Of a DNA stretch of 64,000 bases, positions 11,240 to 23,447 are shown piece after piece (the stretch's first letter is position 1; each line of letters starts with the position of its first letter). Below the pieces are notes generated by a model that saw nothing but the letters and a program-made list of their open reading frames with translations, was not told the origin of the DNA and did not search any database. The position numbers and the translations under genes were made by a program. This stretch comes from Vicugna vicugna (lineage: Eukaryota), in NCBI GenBank assembly GCA_013265495.1, contig MU057701.1, forward strand, positions 992,001 to 1,056,000, given 5' to 3'.

Positions 11240-12740
11240 AATTTATGTGTGTCTGCGTGGACTTGTGCATTCAATGGGTTACAGCCCATTACTCTCATTA
11301 CTTATTCTGATAATTAAATTAGTTCCAGTTTGGCTGGTGGAAGCCCATTCAAGCCAGTTGCTGTGTCCTTTGGCCGTGACCTGTCATTCTTTGAGCTTTT
11401 CTAGCACAAGATGTTCTAGGCTCCTCTTGTACTTTTCCTATCCTAAGCCTGGAACCAGCCATTTCTCCAAGAAACCTTGTTGGTTTTTGTGAAATTGGTG
11501 TTTAGAAGTCAAGTTCTGGATGACGGGTGTGCTCATTGCTGTCAGAGCAAGGCCTCCCAGTCCCTCTCAGTGAACAGAGAGAGGGGCTATAGATGTGTTT
11601 ACACATCACACACACACAACATGACACATACACAATCGTTTGACCTATATTTATTTGTCATTTTTTAAAAAATTGTGGTAAAATACACATAACATAAAAT
11701 TTACCATCTCAACCATTTTTTTTTTGGTTCTGTTTTTTGTTGTTTGTTTTTGTTTTGTGAGGGAGGTAATTTGGCTTGTTTGTTTACTTATTTATTTTAA
11801 TAGAGGTCCTGGGGATTGAATCCAGGATCTCAGGCATGCTAAGCATATGCTCTACCACTGAGCTATACCCCACCTCCCCATCTAAACCATTTTTAAGTGT
11901 ACAGTTTAGTGGCCTTAAACAGGTTTCACACTGTCATTCAACGGTCGCCACCATCCACCCACAGAACTTGTTTTATCTTGCAAAACTGAAACTTGACCTG
12001 TTAAGCACTCACCTCTGTAATTATTCATGTATCTGTCCATGTACTGAAAGCCGTGAGTTCACCCTGATATGTCCGATCCCCATCCTCCACCACAGGGTTC
12101 CTTCCAGCCTTCTCCCTTCCATATTTGTCACTCTCTTCTCTGACAGACATGCTTTCCTCTCGCTGCTGGCCTTGGACCCCTCATTCCAGGCCAGTCCTGG
12201 ATGGACAGTCTTCCCACCCTGCTCGGGCTCTGACTCCTTACGTCAGGCTCCGCCCCCCTCCTCCCGCTGCCTGGGCACCCACTCCGGGTCCCTTCCACAG
12301 TGAATGCCTACCTTGCTCTGTTCCAACCAAGTTTTAGGACTGAATTGTTCAGGAAAGAAAGAGGAAGGGGAAAGGAATTTGAAGAGGAAGAGCTATCAGT
12401 CCCCTGATTTTAAAACTAAACTATAGACTTTATTCAGATCTCACCAGTTCATGCACAGCCTTTTTCCATCCCAGCATCCAGTCCGAGGTACCATATTGCA
12501 TTGACTAGGCTCAACTCCCTTAGTCTCCAATTTGTGACAGTTTCTCAGTCCATCCTTGTTTTTTTTCATCTTGACACTTTTGAAGAGTCCACTCAGACAT
12601 TTCGTATAATGTTCCTCAATTTGAGCTTATCAGATATTTTCTCACGATGAGACTGTGGATGTAGGTTTTGGGGAAGAACACCAACGAGGTGAAGTACCCT
12701 CCTCAGTCTGTCTTATCAAGGGGTGCATGACATCAACATG
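11240..12740 (-). mobile_element. Ancient L1 (L1MC-like) fragments with a nested L1MB-like 3' end (~11662-12010) that itself carries a SINE
   Basis: L1MC-type motifs (CAAGATGTTCTAGGCTCCTCTTGTAC...GCCATTTCTCCAAG; TTGACACTTTTGAAGAG) around TTGTGGTAAAATACACATAACATAAAATTTACCATC...TTTTAAGTGTACAG. Confidence 0.65.
11721..11877 (-). mobile_element. tRNA-derived camelid-type SINE (Vic-1-like)
   Basis: Reverse-complement tRNA-like head GGGGATTGAATCCAGG...GCTCTACCACTGAGCTATACCC; TSD CCATCT(C/A)AACCATTTTT at 11704-11720 and 11878-11894. Confidence 0.9.
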
Positions 12741-12754
12741 TATTAGCTGCATCT

Positions 12755-12860
12755 TAAAGGTGGAGAAATTGAGATTCCAAAGCTGTCAGCAGCTTAAAGT
12801 CACACAGCCAACAAGTGGTAGAGGGCAGATTTGAAACTGGGCCATTCTGAGCTTTGTGGC
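12755..12860 (-). mobile_element. MIR fragment
   Basis: GGAGAAATTGAGATTCC...AAAGTCACACAGCCAACAAGTGGTAGAGGGCAGATTTGAAAC. Confidence 0.65.
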
Positions 12861-13158
12861 ACTTCCTCTGAGAGGAAGAACTGATCAGTGAGGGAGGTGA
12901 AAAAAGGCCCCTGGTGTCGAGGTGAAGGGTGGGATGTGGGGAGACTTTACACCCATATTAGGTCCATCAGCCAGGGTGATTCACCACCCGTGGTCTCTTC
13001 CCCAGGGCCTTGTCCAGTCTTGTCTTAAGTTCCCTCTGTCTGCTGCAAGCAGCAATGAGGGCTCCTCTTTAAACAGATCTGACAAGACTATCTTTTGTCC
13101 ATTAGATGAGATTGTCTTGTGCCAGGATGAAAATAATCTTATTTAAAAAAAAAACCCA

Positions 13159-13256
13159 GGAGGTGTGTATAGCTCAGTAGTAGAGTGCATGCTTAGCACG
13201 CACGAGGTCCTAGGTTAAATCCCCAGTACCTTCATTTTTTCAAGAAAAAAGAAAAG
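13159..13256 (+). mobile_element. tRNA-derived camelid-type SINE, short form
   Basis: GGAGGTGTGTATAGCTCAGTAGTAGAGTGCATGCTTAGCACGCACGAGGTCCTAGGTTAAATCCCCAGTACC followed by an A-rich tail. Confidence 0.9.
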
Positions 13257-13549
13257 AATCTGATAATTTTTAAAAGATGCATTTTCCATGAGGGTTCAAG
13301 TTGTACGAGAATCCTATGACTAAACCAGCCAGCAGTCACAAGGCCATCTGTGTACTGCACCCTCCTCCCCTGCCTTCTCTTTGGGCCTCTCTCACTGGGA
13401 TGGCTAGAGAGGAGGCCATCCAGATGGAGTTGGTATAGGTGTTGGTGACACTGGCTTTCCTTTGCCTGCTCTTAACCTCTTTGCCTAGCAGTTATCAGCA
13501 AAATCACTACCACTGCATCAGATACTCCAGAACATCCTAAGTTTCAGAG

Positions 13550-13880
13550 CAGAAGTTCTAAACGTGTCTTCTGGGCAGTGGTCAACTAGCATATAAGTTT
13601 TGTTTGGCCCTCAATTTGAAAAGTTTAAAATTAGTTCACAACATGAAAAAAAATCAGGAGCTCATCATAAATGTCTGGATTTTGGCTTCTCTTGAAAAAT
13701 CAGATGAGACAATAAATGGCCTACATTCCCCTTTGGCAGCAGTAGTGACGGCCCCTTTCGATGTGGCACCCGCGCTCCATTTCACTCTAGTCCTCACCAC
13801 TCCCTCCTGATGACCACCTTAACCTCATTCATTTGTCTAGTCTGCCTGGCTTCTGAAGGCATTCAAGTCCACAACCCCTG
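13550..13880 (+). mobile_element. MER102-like hAT-Charlie element
   Basis: GTTTTGTTTGGCCC...TCTGGATTTTGGCTTCTCTTGAAAAATCAG...CCTCACCACTCCCT...GGCATTCAAGTCCACAACCCCTG. Confidence 0.75.
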
Positions 13881-13896
13881 TGTTAGAGTCTTGTAG

Positions 13897-14100
13897 TTCA
13901 TTTATTTACTCAACAAACACTCACTGAGCACCTACTCAGGCCAGGTTCTGTGCTAGCTTCCCAGATCTATAGCATATACATGGGTGATTCTGGAGCCATA
14001 TGGTAAGTCCCTGGTAAAGATAAACCCTGTTGATGTGGGCGCATTGAAGAGGGTCTCCTAACTCAGCCTGGAGGGAGCCAGAGGGGCATCCTGCAGGAGA
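13897..14100 (-). mobile_element. L2 3'-end fragment
   Basis: TTCATTTATTTACTCAACAAACACTCACTGAGCACCTACTCAGGCCAGG. Confidence 0.65.
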
Positions 14101-14439
14101 CACACACCCTTAAAAACTCAGTCAGCGTCTAAGTGAGGTTTACGGAGGAAAGCTGCTCCCTTTACTCCAGGGCCCCCCGCCCTGGGCTGAGCCACCTGCC
14201 TGTGGGGACTTGTGTAGTTTACTCTTCAATAGCCTCATCTCTTACGACCGCTTCACAGAGCAGGATTTTCTGTATTTCTCTCAGGACCCCACTGCAGCTG
14301 TGAGGGCTTCAAGGCATGTGAAAAGGACGAGTTTAGGATGCTCAGCTGTGGCGTGAGATGACATCAGGGCTGGAATGATCTATTGTGTGAGCCATGAGGC
14401 TCCGTTCTTTGGCATTTATTTATGGATTAGGGGGTTACT

Positions 14440-14650
14440 TGAGGCAGGCTGGGGAAAGGACAAAAGGCTTGGAGTCAGATTTAAGTCCTGGTTTTGCTGC
14501 TTACCTGCTGTGTGATTTTATGTGGTTACTTACACTCTCTGAGCATCTGTTTCTTCCTCTTTCAAATGAGGGCAGTAATATTTATTCATGAGGTTACTGT
14601 CAATATCTTGTGCAATATATGTAAAATTTCAAGAGTAGTGCTGTGAACAT
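14440..14650 (+). mobile_element. MIR
   Basis: GGCTTGGAGTCAGA...CTTACCTGCTGTGTGATTT...TTACTTACACTCTCTGAGCATCTGTTTCTTC. Confidence 0.7.
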
Positions 14651-14699
14651 GATACTCATGGAATAGCCACGCATCATCATTTTTAAAAAAGCACTCTTT

Positions 14700-16030
14700 T
14701 TTTTGGTGGAGGGTGTATAATTCTATGAAATTTTACGGCAGATTCAAGTAGCTATCACCATGTACAAATACAGAACTATTCCATCACCACTGAGAAACTC
14801 CTTCATGTTACTCTTTGCTAGTCACATCCTCCCCTCAACCCTAACCCCTGGCAACTTGATCTACTCTATGACTATTATTTTATCACTTTAAGAATCAAAC
14901 AGCATGTAACTATTTTTTGTAATGAATGCATATTACTTTTATTATTTCAGGAAAAAAAGAGCTATTTTAAAATGTAAAACTTTAACAGGCAAAAAGGAGC
15001 AAAAACTGTCTTAAGGGCAGGGTTTAGTCTTTTTTCTCTTTTTTCTGGCTCTATTGAAGTATGATTGACAAATAAAAATAGTATATGTTTAAGATGTACT
15101 TGTGATAATTTGAAATATGTATGCATTGTGAAATAATGACCACAATCAAGCTAAGTAACAAATCCATCACCTCCAGTATATAGACTCTGGAGAATGGCTT
15201 TTTTCACTCAGCAAAAAGCCCTAAGATCCCCTCAAGTTGTTCCATGAATCAATAGCTCACTCCTGTTTATTGCTGAGTAGTATTCCATTGTGTGGCTGTA
15301 CCACAACTTGTTTCTCCATTCCTCTGTTGAAGGACATTTGACTTGTTTCCAGTTTTTGACTTGTGATGGTTAATTTTATGTGTCAATTTGGCTGGGCCAC
15401 AGGTATTTGGTCAGTTCTTATTCTGGGTGTTTCGTAAGGCTATTTTGGATGAGTTTATCAATTAAATCGATGGACTGAGTAAAGCAGATTGCTCTCCTTA
15501 ATGTGGGTGGGCCACATTCAATCAGTTGAAGGGCTGAATAGAACAAAAAGGCTGACTTTCCCCCAGATAAGAGGATTCCCTCCTGCCTGACTGCCTTGAA
15601 CTAGGATATCGATTTTTCCTGCCTTCAGACTCAAACTGAAACATCAGCTCTTTCTGGGTTTCAGGTCTTCAGACTCAGACTGGAACCATACCATCAGCTC
15701 TCTTCCGTCTCCAGTTTTCTGGCTGTGAAACTTGGAATTCAACAGCCTCATGATCATGTGAGCCAATCCCTTTGATAAATCTCTTTCCCTCTCTCAGACT
15801 CTCTCCCTATTGGCTCTGTTTCTCTGAAGAGCCCAGACTAATACATGACTATTCCAAATAAAGCTGCTATAAACACTGGTATACAGGATTTTGTGCAAAC
15901 ACAAGTTTTCATTTCTCTGGGATAAATACCCAGGAGTGACATTGCTGGATCTTATGGTAAGTGTATATTTAACTTTATTAGAAGCTGCCAAACTGTTTTC
16001 TAGAACGGCTGGACCATTTCACATTCCCAC
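14700..16030 (-). mobile_element. Old L1 (L1MB/MC-like) 3' region split by an L1MA-like fragment (~15045-15175) and an MLT2 LTR
   Basis: TATTGCTGAGTAGTATTCCATTG...GAAGGACATTTG continues after the LTR as AAATAAAGCTGCTATAAACA...TTTTCATTTCTCTGGGATAAATACCCAGGAGTG. Confidence 0.75.
15362..15845 (+). mobile_element. MLT2 (ERV-L) solo LTR, complete, with TSD
   Basis: Starts TGTGATGGTTAATTTTATGTGTCAA, ends CAGACTAATACA; perfect 5-bp TSD TGACT at 15357-15361 and 15846-15850. Confidence 0.92.
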
Positions 16031-16819
16031 TGCTCATCATTTTTATTATTTTACTAGACTAGTTAAATTAGTTAAATATGAAATGGGCTGACATTTTGAA
16101 GACTGGTCGCACAAGGGTTTTTGCCCACTTTATATAAATCATGGCTATCACACATATCCCTGTTTTAACTTTCTATTTACTAGCTGAGCACAGAGGTCTG
16201 CAGGGTTAGAGATTTGAAATAACAAACCTGGCTGCCTCAGATTTTCTTGGCTGGCACCAGGTCTTGCCAGGCCTTTGAATCAGCTGAGTGCAGGGAAGGG
16301 TCACCAGGAAACTCAGGCTGCTGGACCCGACAGGAAGCGTGGGACGAAGCTTACTCTGGGTCTGGCTCGTGGTCAGCCTGGCTGGGGCCTGAAGCTTCCA
16401 GGCCGGCTCAGTGTGCACTGTCAGGAAACAGCCCTGGCTCTTTAAATCACCCCACCCCTGAAACATAAATTCATAAACAAGGAAGCTCTGAGCTCCTTCC
16501 TTTGAGAAACAGCATCTTATAGCCTGGAAGAAAAATCCCCTTGCAGAGCAGTTAGGCCCATGAGCTCCTTCGGCTCCACACGCTGACAAGTCAATGACTG
16601 TGGCTTTGGGGCTTCTTCTCCTGGAGAAGACCACTATGGAGGTGTCTATGGATGCTTAATACCATGACCTTCTCCCTTCTGCCCTCCCTGCGTGCCTCCC
16701 CCTGAATTAGCTTGTCCAGAAGTATTTACCTTGCCTTTGGTTATTACTGCCTAACACAATGGGGGAAAATGGGAGAGGGAGAGAGCAGCCTACAAACTCA
16801 GTGTAGAATCTGTAGGGTT

Positions 16820-17870
16820 TTTTTAATTAAAGTATAATTCATCTACCATAAAACTGACCCTTTCAAAGTGTATGCTTCAGTACTTTTAGTATTTCCCAGA
16901 GTTATACAACCATCACCACTATTTAATTTCAGAATATTTCATCACTCCAAAAAGAAGCTCTGTACCCATTAGCAGTTACTCCCCGTGTAGCCTTCCTCCC
17001 CAGCTGCAGACAACCACTCATCTCCTTTCTGTGTCTATGGATTTGCCTCTTTGGTACATTTCATACAAATGGGATCATACAACCTGTGGACTTTTATGTC
17101 TGGCTTCTTTCACTTAGCATAATGCTTTCCAGGTTCATCCAATGTGGTAGCATGTCAGTTCCTCATTCATTTTAAAAAATATGTTTATTGAAGTATAGTC
17201 AGTTTACAAAGTTGTGTCAGTTTCTGATGTACAGCACAATCCTTCAGCCATATAGGAACATACATATATTCACTTCCATATTCTTTTTAAACATAAGTTA
17301 CTACAAGGTATTGAATCTAGTTCCCTGTGCTGTACAGTATAAACTTGTTGTTTATGTATCCTCATACATTTTTATTACCAAATAATATTCTATTGTATTG
17401 TATTTTGTTTATCCGTTCATCAGTCAATGGACATTTGGGTTATTTCCATTTCTTGGCTATTATGAATGATGTTGCTATGAACATTTGTGTGCAAGTTTTT
17501 ATGTGGACATATGTTTTAAATTCTTTTGACTATATTGCTAGCAGTGGAATTGCTGGGTCATAGGGCAACTCTGTGTTTAAAATTTTGGGGAACTATCCAA
17601 TGTTTTCCAAAGTGGCTACACTATTTTGCATTCTCACTAGCAATGTATGCAGGCTCCAGTTTTTCTCCATCCTCACCTACACTTCTTATTATCCATCTAT
17701 TTGGCTGTAGACATCTAGTGGGTGTGAAGTAGTGTCTCATTATGGTTTTGATTTGCATTTTCCTAATGACTATAGGGGTTGACTATTTTCATGTGTTTAT
17801 TGTCCACTGGTATATCTTCTTTGGAGGAATGTCCACCACCATGTCTATTGCCCACTTTCTAATTGGGCTT
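16820..17870 (-). mobile_element. L1MB-like 3' region
   Basis: TTTCATACAAATGGGATCATACA...TGGCTTCTTTCACTTAGCATAATG...GTGGAATTGCTGGGTCATAGGG...GTTTTGATTTGCATTTTCCTAATGAC. Confidence 0.85.
17174..17358 (-). mobile_element. Young L1 3' end nested in the older L1
   Basis: TTTATTGAAGTATAGTCAGTTTACA... flanked by TCCTCAT(T/A)CATTTT at 17160-17173 and 17359-17372. Confidence 0.85.
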
Positions 17871-17944
17871 ATTATATAGACTTATTCTTAAGCACCTTAC
17901 AGCTTACGAATAAACAGCTTAATAGCTTGCGTTGCTATTACAAA

Positions 17945-18450
17945 AGGGATTTTTTTCTAATTGATTACCCTATTGTCTAGGAATGCCATCAGGTTTTTGT
18001 ATTTTGATATTATATCCAGACATCATTCTCAACCCTTTTAAATCTAATATTTTGTCCAAAGATTCTCTTGGAGTTTTATGTAGTTATCTTATCTTTTGCA
18101 AATAAATGCTGTTTGTATCTTCCTTCTTAATTCTTAAACATCTTGATGTCTTTTTCTTATCTTTACTGCATTACCTAGACCTTCCATACAATGCCAAAAA
18201 GAATTCGTGACAATGGGCTTTCATTTCTTGTTTCTGGTCTCAGAAAGAAGGCTTTCCTCATGTTCATTATTTTTCCTAAGCATGTTGATAGAAAATTTCA
18301 TCATGTTAAGGAAGCTGACAGCTTAGTCTGGTTTCCTATGAGTTTATTATTATTTACAAATGTCCAATGCTATTGAATGCTTTTTCTGCTTTTATTGAGA
18401 TGATCATGTGTCTTTCTTCCTTAATCTATTAATGTGGTGGATTACATTCA
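17945..18450 (-). mobile_element. Decayed ancient L1 ORF2-region fragment
   Basis: GATTCTCTTGGAGTTTT...ATTGAATGCTTTTTCTGCTTTTATTGAGATGATCATGTG...TTAATGTGGTGGATTACATT. Confidence 0.65.
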
Positions 18451-18884
18451 TCTTCTTTATTATGAAATATGTCAAACATAGAGGAATAGAGAACCAACAA
18501 TAGTGCCAAGCAGAGTTCCTAGTTGCAGGATGCAGGAATCAACTCTAGCTGATTTGGGTAGAAGAACAACTCTTGAGGAGGAGAGTGGCCTCTCTCAGAA
18601 ATGCAGGAAGACAGGTCCTTTGAGCTCTACATGCTGCACCTTGCGTTGCTGACACCTCAGGCACTGCTGCAGGTAACCCAAGAACTCTTGTCCTGTGCCA
18701 CTGAGATAGGGTTACACACGCCCACCAGCTCCAGGCTGGATGTTTTTGAATGTCTGAGCCCAGGTTGTATGCCTGTACCCTAGATACATAGGGAGAGGGT
18801 TCCGGTGTTGGGTGGCCAGAAAGAATGAGAAATGTCCACCACCATCATAAACACTCAGGTCTCCACGAGCTAGCTTGGACATTA

Positions 18885-19125
18885 AGGGAGGCAGTTTAGT
18901 GCACTGCTTATGAGCATCGATTCTGGAACCAGCTTGCATTCAATCAGTAGCTGTGTGATCCTGAGTAAGTTATTTAACTTTTCTGTACTTCAGTTCTCCA
19001 TCTCTAAATTATGGATAATAATAGTAGTTACTTCATGCAGTTCTTGGGAAGATTAAGTGGGTTGATATATGTAAAGTTCTTACTCCAATACTTAGCATAT
19101 AAAATGTGTTATATAATGTTGTCTA
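18885..19125 (+). mobile_element. MIR
   Basis: AGGGAGGCAGTTTAGTG...TAGCTGTGTGATCCTGAGTAAGTTATTTAACTTTTCTGTACTTCAGTTCTCCATCT. Confidence 0.8.
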
Positions 19126-19126
19126 T

Positions 19127-20128
19127 TATATCAGTTAGCATCCCACCTAGAAACAAATGGCATGCTCCAACTGTGTAATTGGAGGAGAGTTTAATAAAAG
19201 GATTATTTACAGAGGTGTGTATATATCCAGAGAAATAGAACCAATAGGATATATAGATATAGATTTATAGTAAGATATTTATTATGAAGGATTGGTTAAG
19301 GCAGTATGGAGACTGGGAAGTCCCATGATCCATCATCTGCAAGCTGAAAGCCCAGAAAAGACAGTTATGTAGTTCTAGTCCATACTCAAAAGCCTGAGAA
19401 CCAGGGGAGCCAGTGGTGTAAGTCTCGGTCTGAATCCAAAGGCCAGAGGACCAGGAACACCGTGTGTGAGGGCAGGAGAAGATGGATGTCCCAGCTCAAC
19501 AGAGAGGGCAAATTTGCCCTTCCTCCACCTTCTTGTTCCGTTTGGGCTCTCAGTCGGTTGGATGATGCCTACCCATATTTCTGAAGACGATCTTCTTGTC
19601 TCAGTTTACTGGTTCAAATGCTAAATCTCTTCCAAAAACACCCTCACAGTTGCACCCAGAAGTAATGTTTTAGCAGCTATCTGGGCATCCCCACTCCCAG
19701 TCAAGTTGGCACGTAAAGTTAACCATCATAGTGGGGCCATTGTAGAGGTCCCCAGGGTTAAGAACAATGGGCAGCCGTTGCCACCTTTAGACCTGGAGGG
19801 TAAGAAGAGACGGGATTACTGGGATTTAGATGTAGAGGAGGCTGTGTAAGTTGGGCTCCTTAACTGTGCATTTGGCAGGGCATTTGATCAAGAGATGTGG
19901 CCAATCTACAATGACTTCAGGGAGGGAGAAAGGGAATGTGTCTTCTAAACTCATTCCTCTGTCTCTTGTGGGCAGTCCATTTGGCCAAACCCAAGTGGAC
20001 ACCAGGGGTGAGGGATACCCTTGTCATATTTCACACAGGGCATCCTCCTGTGGCACAGAGCAGGGCATTATCTGAGGGTGTAAAGTGAATCTGGAGGAGG
20101 GGCAACCAGAAGATACCATCCCAGGCTG
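19127..20128 (-). mobile_element. ERV-L LTR (LTR33/LTR41-like), probable 3' LTR of the adjacent provirus, interrupted by MLT2
   Basis: GAAACAAATGGCATGCTCCAA...GAGGAGAGTTTAATAAAAGGATTATTTACAGAGGTG resumes after the MLT2 and ends TTGGCCAAACCCAA...GGCACAGAGCAGGG...GAATCTGGAGGAGGGGCAA. Confidence 0.65.
19218..19730 (-). mobile_element. MLT2 solo LTR
   Basis: TCCAGAGAAATAGAACCAATAGG...CCTGAGAACCAGGGGAGCC...CCCAGTCAAGTTGGCACGTAAAGTTAACCATCA. Confidence 0.88.
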
Positions 20129-22222
20129 CAACTTTTGCCTTTCAGACACTCTTCCTTCATCCTTTGAAAAATGAGTGGCTTCAGTAAAGGGGGCCCACTG
20201 AGTCTCATTAATACTGTGTCATTGCATAGTGATGTCAATTTGGTCATATTTCCACCCTCACTTGAGAAACTATTCATACACTAAAGGAGAGGGGGGAAAA
20301 AAAGATCCAACAGCCTCATCCTCTGTAATAGGTCCTGAGGCGCAAGTTGCTATCAGAGCCACCATCACCCACCACTCACTCCAAGTTCTTCTTACTTCCT
20401 GCCAGCTTCATTGGACAGGATCTTTACTTGATGTGATCAAGGTCTTTACTTGATGAGATCAGAGTCCTTGGTGATTTGGAAGGGTACCACCGATTTTCAT
20501 TGATCAGTACCCCTGAGAAAGGAAAAATTAGGAGTCACTTCTGTGAATCTCCTGGGTTCCAGACAAGGTCCTTCTTTCCTCCATTATGTAGCAGAAATCA
20601 AATTTTCCCTTGAAATCAGGGTCGATCACCCCAGTCAGTACAGGGAGCTCCTTCTCTGCCTGCTGGTTTAGCAGCGTAAAGATCCCAGCATGGCCTGGGA
20701 GAAGTTTCAGCTTCCAATTCATCAGAACCACGAGTGTGGTGGAACAGTTGCCTGGTAGCAACAGTCCCCACTTCAGGCACTAGAACCTTCAAACCCCCAA
20801 ATCTAAGGTCAAAGGGATGTAAAGCAAGAATTCTTCAAGTGCATTACTAGGTAAAAGAGTGAGAGTGACCATTCCTACCTCGACTCCTGTTTCCTAGACT
20901 TGAGCTTTCTGATTTTGAAGGAGACAACTCCAAATATTTGCAACTCTTCAGACATAAATCACATCCTGTAGCACAACCCTCCAACCCCACAGGGTGTTGT
21001 CTCCTAGCTGACCCTGCAGCTGAGTCTTCAGTAGGCCACTCCACTCTCCTCCAAACCAGCTGCTGCTGGTGGTGGGACGTGTGTTAAGACTAGTGAGTTC
21101 TGTAGATGTGGGTCCATTGCTGTACCTTTTGCATTAAAAGTGTCCTTTGGTTGGAGGTGACATTGAATGGAATATACAGCTATTCTGTAAATCCACAAAT
21201 CATGATACTGGCAGAAGCACTGCAAACAGGGAAGATAATCTGAACCTCGAATGTACATCTGTTCCTGTGAGGACCAAGTGCAGCCCTGCCCACGATGGAA
21301 GGAGTCTCACGTACTTCATGTGTTACTAGGTGGCTGGCTGGTCTCTCCACCCCAGGAATGATGCCATATTGAGAGATCAGTATTGATCCCTGTTTGCAGA
21401 AGGGTCCCTTATCAGTCACAGTGGCCTGATCAGCTTAGGTAAGGGGAAGTCTATGTTGCTGAGTGCAGGCATAGATTCCATTCTGGGTGCTGTGGTCACT
21501 TTGGCTATGCGCACTGAGGAAGCACTGGGGGGCCTGGGAAAAGAGCCCAAATGACATCCACAGGCTGAGTCATCCTATCACCTCATTTATGGACATATAT
21601 GTGGGGCATAAAAGTTTTCACATCCTGGGCCCATTCCAAAGGGTCCACCCACCTAGTTCTCCCCCAGAAACTCCTTCTTACCAATTTTCTAGTCTTATAC
21701 TTTCCAAATCCCTGACCAGTCAGCCAACCCATCAGCCACTGCCATGAATCTGTGCGGATCCTTATCATAGGCCAGATTTCAGTCCTCACAAAGCGGTCAA
21801 CCAGATGTTTGGTCTGAAGATCTGCCCAGTGGGAGGATTTTTCTTCCCCACTGCTGTTCAGGGCTGCGCCCAAGTGGGATGTAGTAAGTAGTCATCTACT
21901 GTGGCTGATGCCAGCATACAGTGCTCACTAGCCAGAAACCAGGCCTACTGGTTCTTCCTCCTTCTCTCTTAACGGGTCATAAAGAAACTGCCATGAGTCC
22001 ATAGGCATAGGGTTGAGGGAGAGATGGCGAAGCAGTAAGAGCTCCTTGTCACCTGCTTGTATGAACACTTGTGCCTTTCGAATCCTCTCAGGCCCGGATC
22101 CAGACATACCAATGGTATTTTATAATGGGATGCTGGAATGCTGCCGTGCGTGTGACTCGGTGGCCTATTATAAGGTCTTTACACTCTCCCTGGGCTCAGA
22201 AGCAAACCAGGAGCTGCTTTTC

Positions 22223-22423
22223 TTTTCTTTCTTTCTTTTTTAAAACACCTTTATTGTGGTATGGTTCCTGCACAGTAAACACCCATGAAACCACGACCAC
22301 AATCAAGAAAGCTAACGTTTCCATCACTCCCCAAGAGGTGCAATTTTTGAATTCCCAATTTGTCCCTTCCCACCCTCTTTACTCCCTGGTAACCATATGT
22401 CTGTTCTCTATGTCTGTGAGTCT
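22223..22423 (-). mobile_element. TSD-bounded composite L1-derived insertion
   Basis: TSD GGA(G/A)CTGCTTTTC at 22210-22222 and 22424-22436; T-rich tail on the left; two different L1-like halves. Confidence 0.75.
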
Positions 22424-23447
22424 GGAACTGCTTTTCAACTAGAGAATAGTTACTGGTAGAAGAAGACATGACCTTTCTCCAACCTGTCACTCCCCTGTTG
22501 GGGCTTGTCAGCGCTCCATAGAGCAGCTCTGTTGGCCAGGGACACTTTCAGTTCCACTAGGTGTGCTGAGTCACAAGGCCCAAAGGCAGGGCAGTCCCCA
22601 CTGGACCCCCTTCCTGCTCAAAGCCCCATCAACACAGGCAGACTTCAGGTCACCCGGAGTGGTATGTCCAAATGTCATACATGCCATCTCCAAAACCAAG
22701 GTCCATCAGGGTGGCACCTTTTCCTTCGTGGTGGGCAATGCAAAGCGCAGCAACTTGTCTCTTTCTTTTGAAGGGATGTCCTCACGTGCCCCAGACCCTA
22801 AAACCTGTACAACATGGTAGGCTTTGAAAGCCTGTGGGGTTTATCTTCCACTTGCTGGACTGCACTGGTTCGCTAAGACATCTAGGCATCATTGCCACTT
22901 ACAGCCCCTCAGTGTAATGAGCCAGCATGATGCTCTGTGGGTTATCAAGATTATTAAAGCTTTCTGGACTAAATTATGATGACAGAAAGGAGAGCTTATG
23001 GAGCCTTAAGGCAAAACAGTGAAGATCATCTGTCTTGGCCCCTGCTTCTGATTTTCTTTACTGATGGGCATAGGGAAAAAAGTGTTTTTCCAGTGAGAAG
23101 CTATGTATTAAGTGCCTAGAATTGTAGCTGTCATTGACAGAGTTGGTACCTGATTACGTCTGGGTCAGTCTCCTGACTTTCTCCACAACCACTCGGGGCT
23201 TACACTCTTCAAACAGGCATGTTATAGGGGCTTAGGGTAGGAAAGGCTGTCTTTGCATCCTTCAGGTCTCTGATGGTGGCACTAATTACCACAGTTTCCT
23301 TAGGAGTTTGATGGTGTTTTGAGTTTGCTATCCTGGTGGCGTACTGGGGTTGGGGGAAGTTTCATAGCTTCTATTTGTCCATTCCTACTTGATAAACCTC
23401 ACCGTGTGGGTCAGAGCACAAATGTGGAAATTCTGTCCTTTACGAAG

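Noticed and set aside
13159..13235. tRNA-Ala-like sequences (also at 25073, 26635 and others)
   Set aside because: A-rich tails, TSDs on most copies and degenerate stems show these are SINE copies, not tRNA genes.
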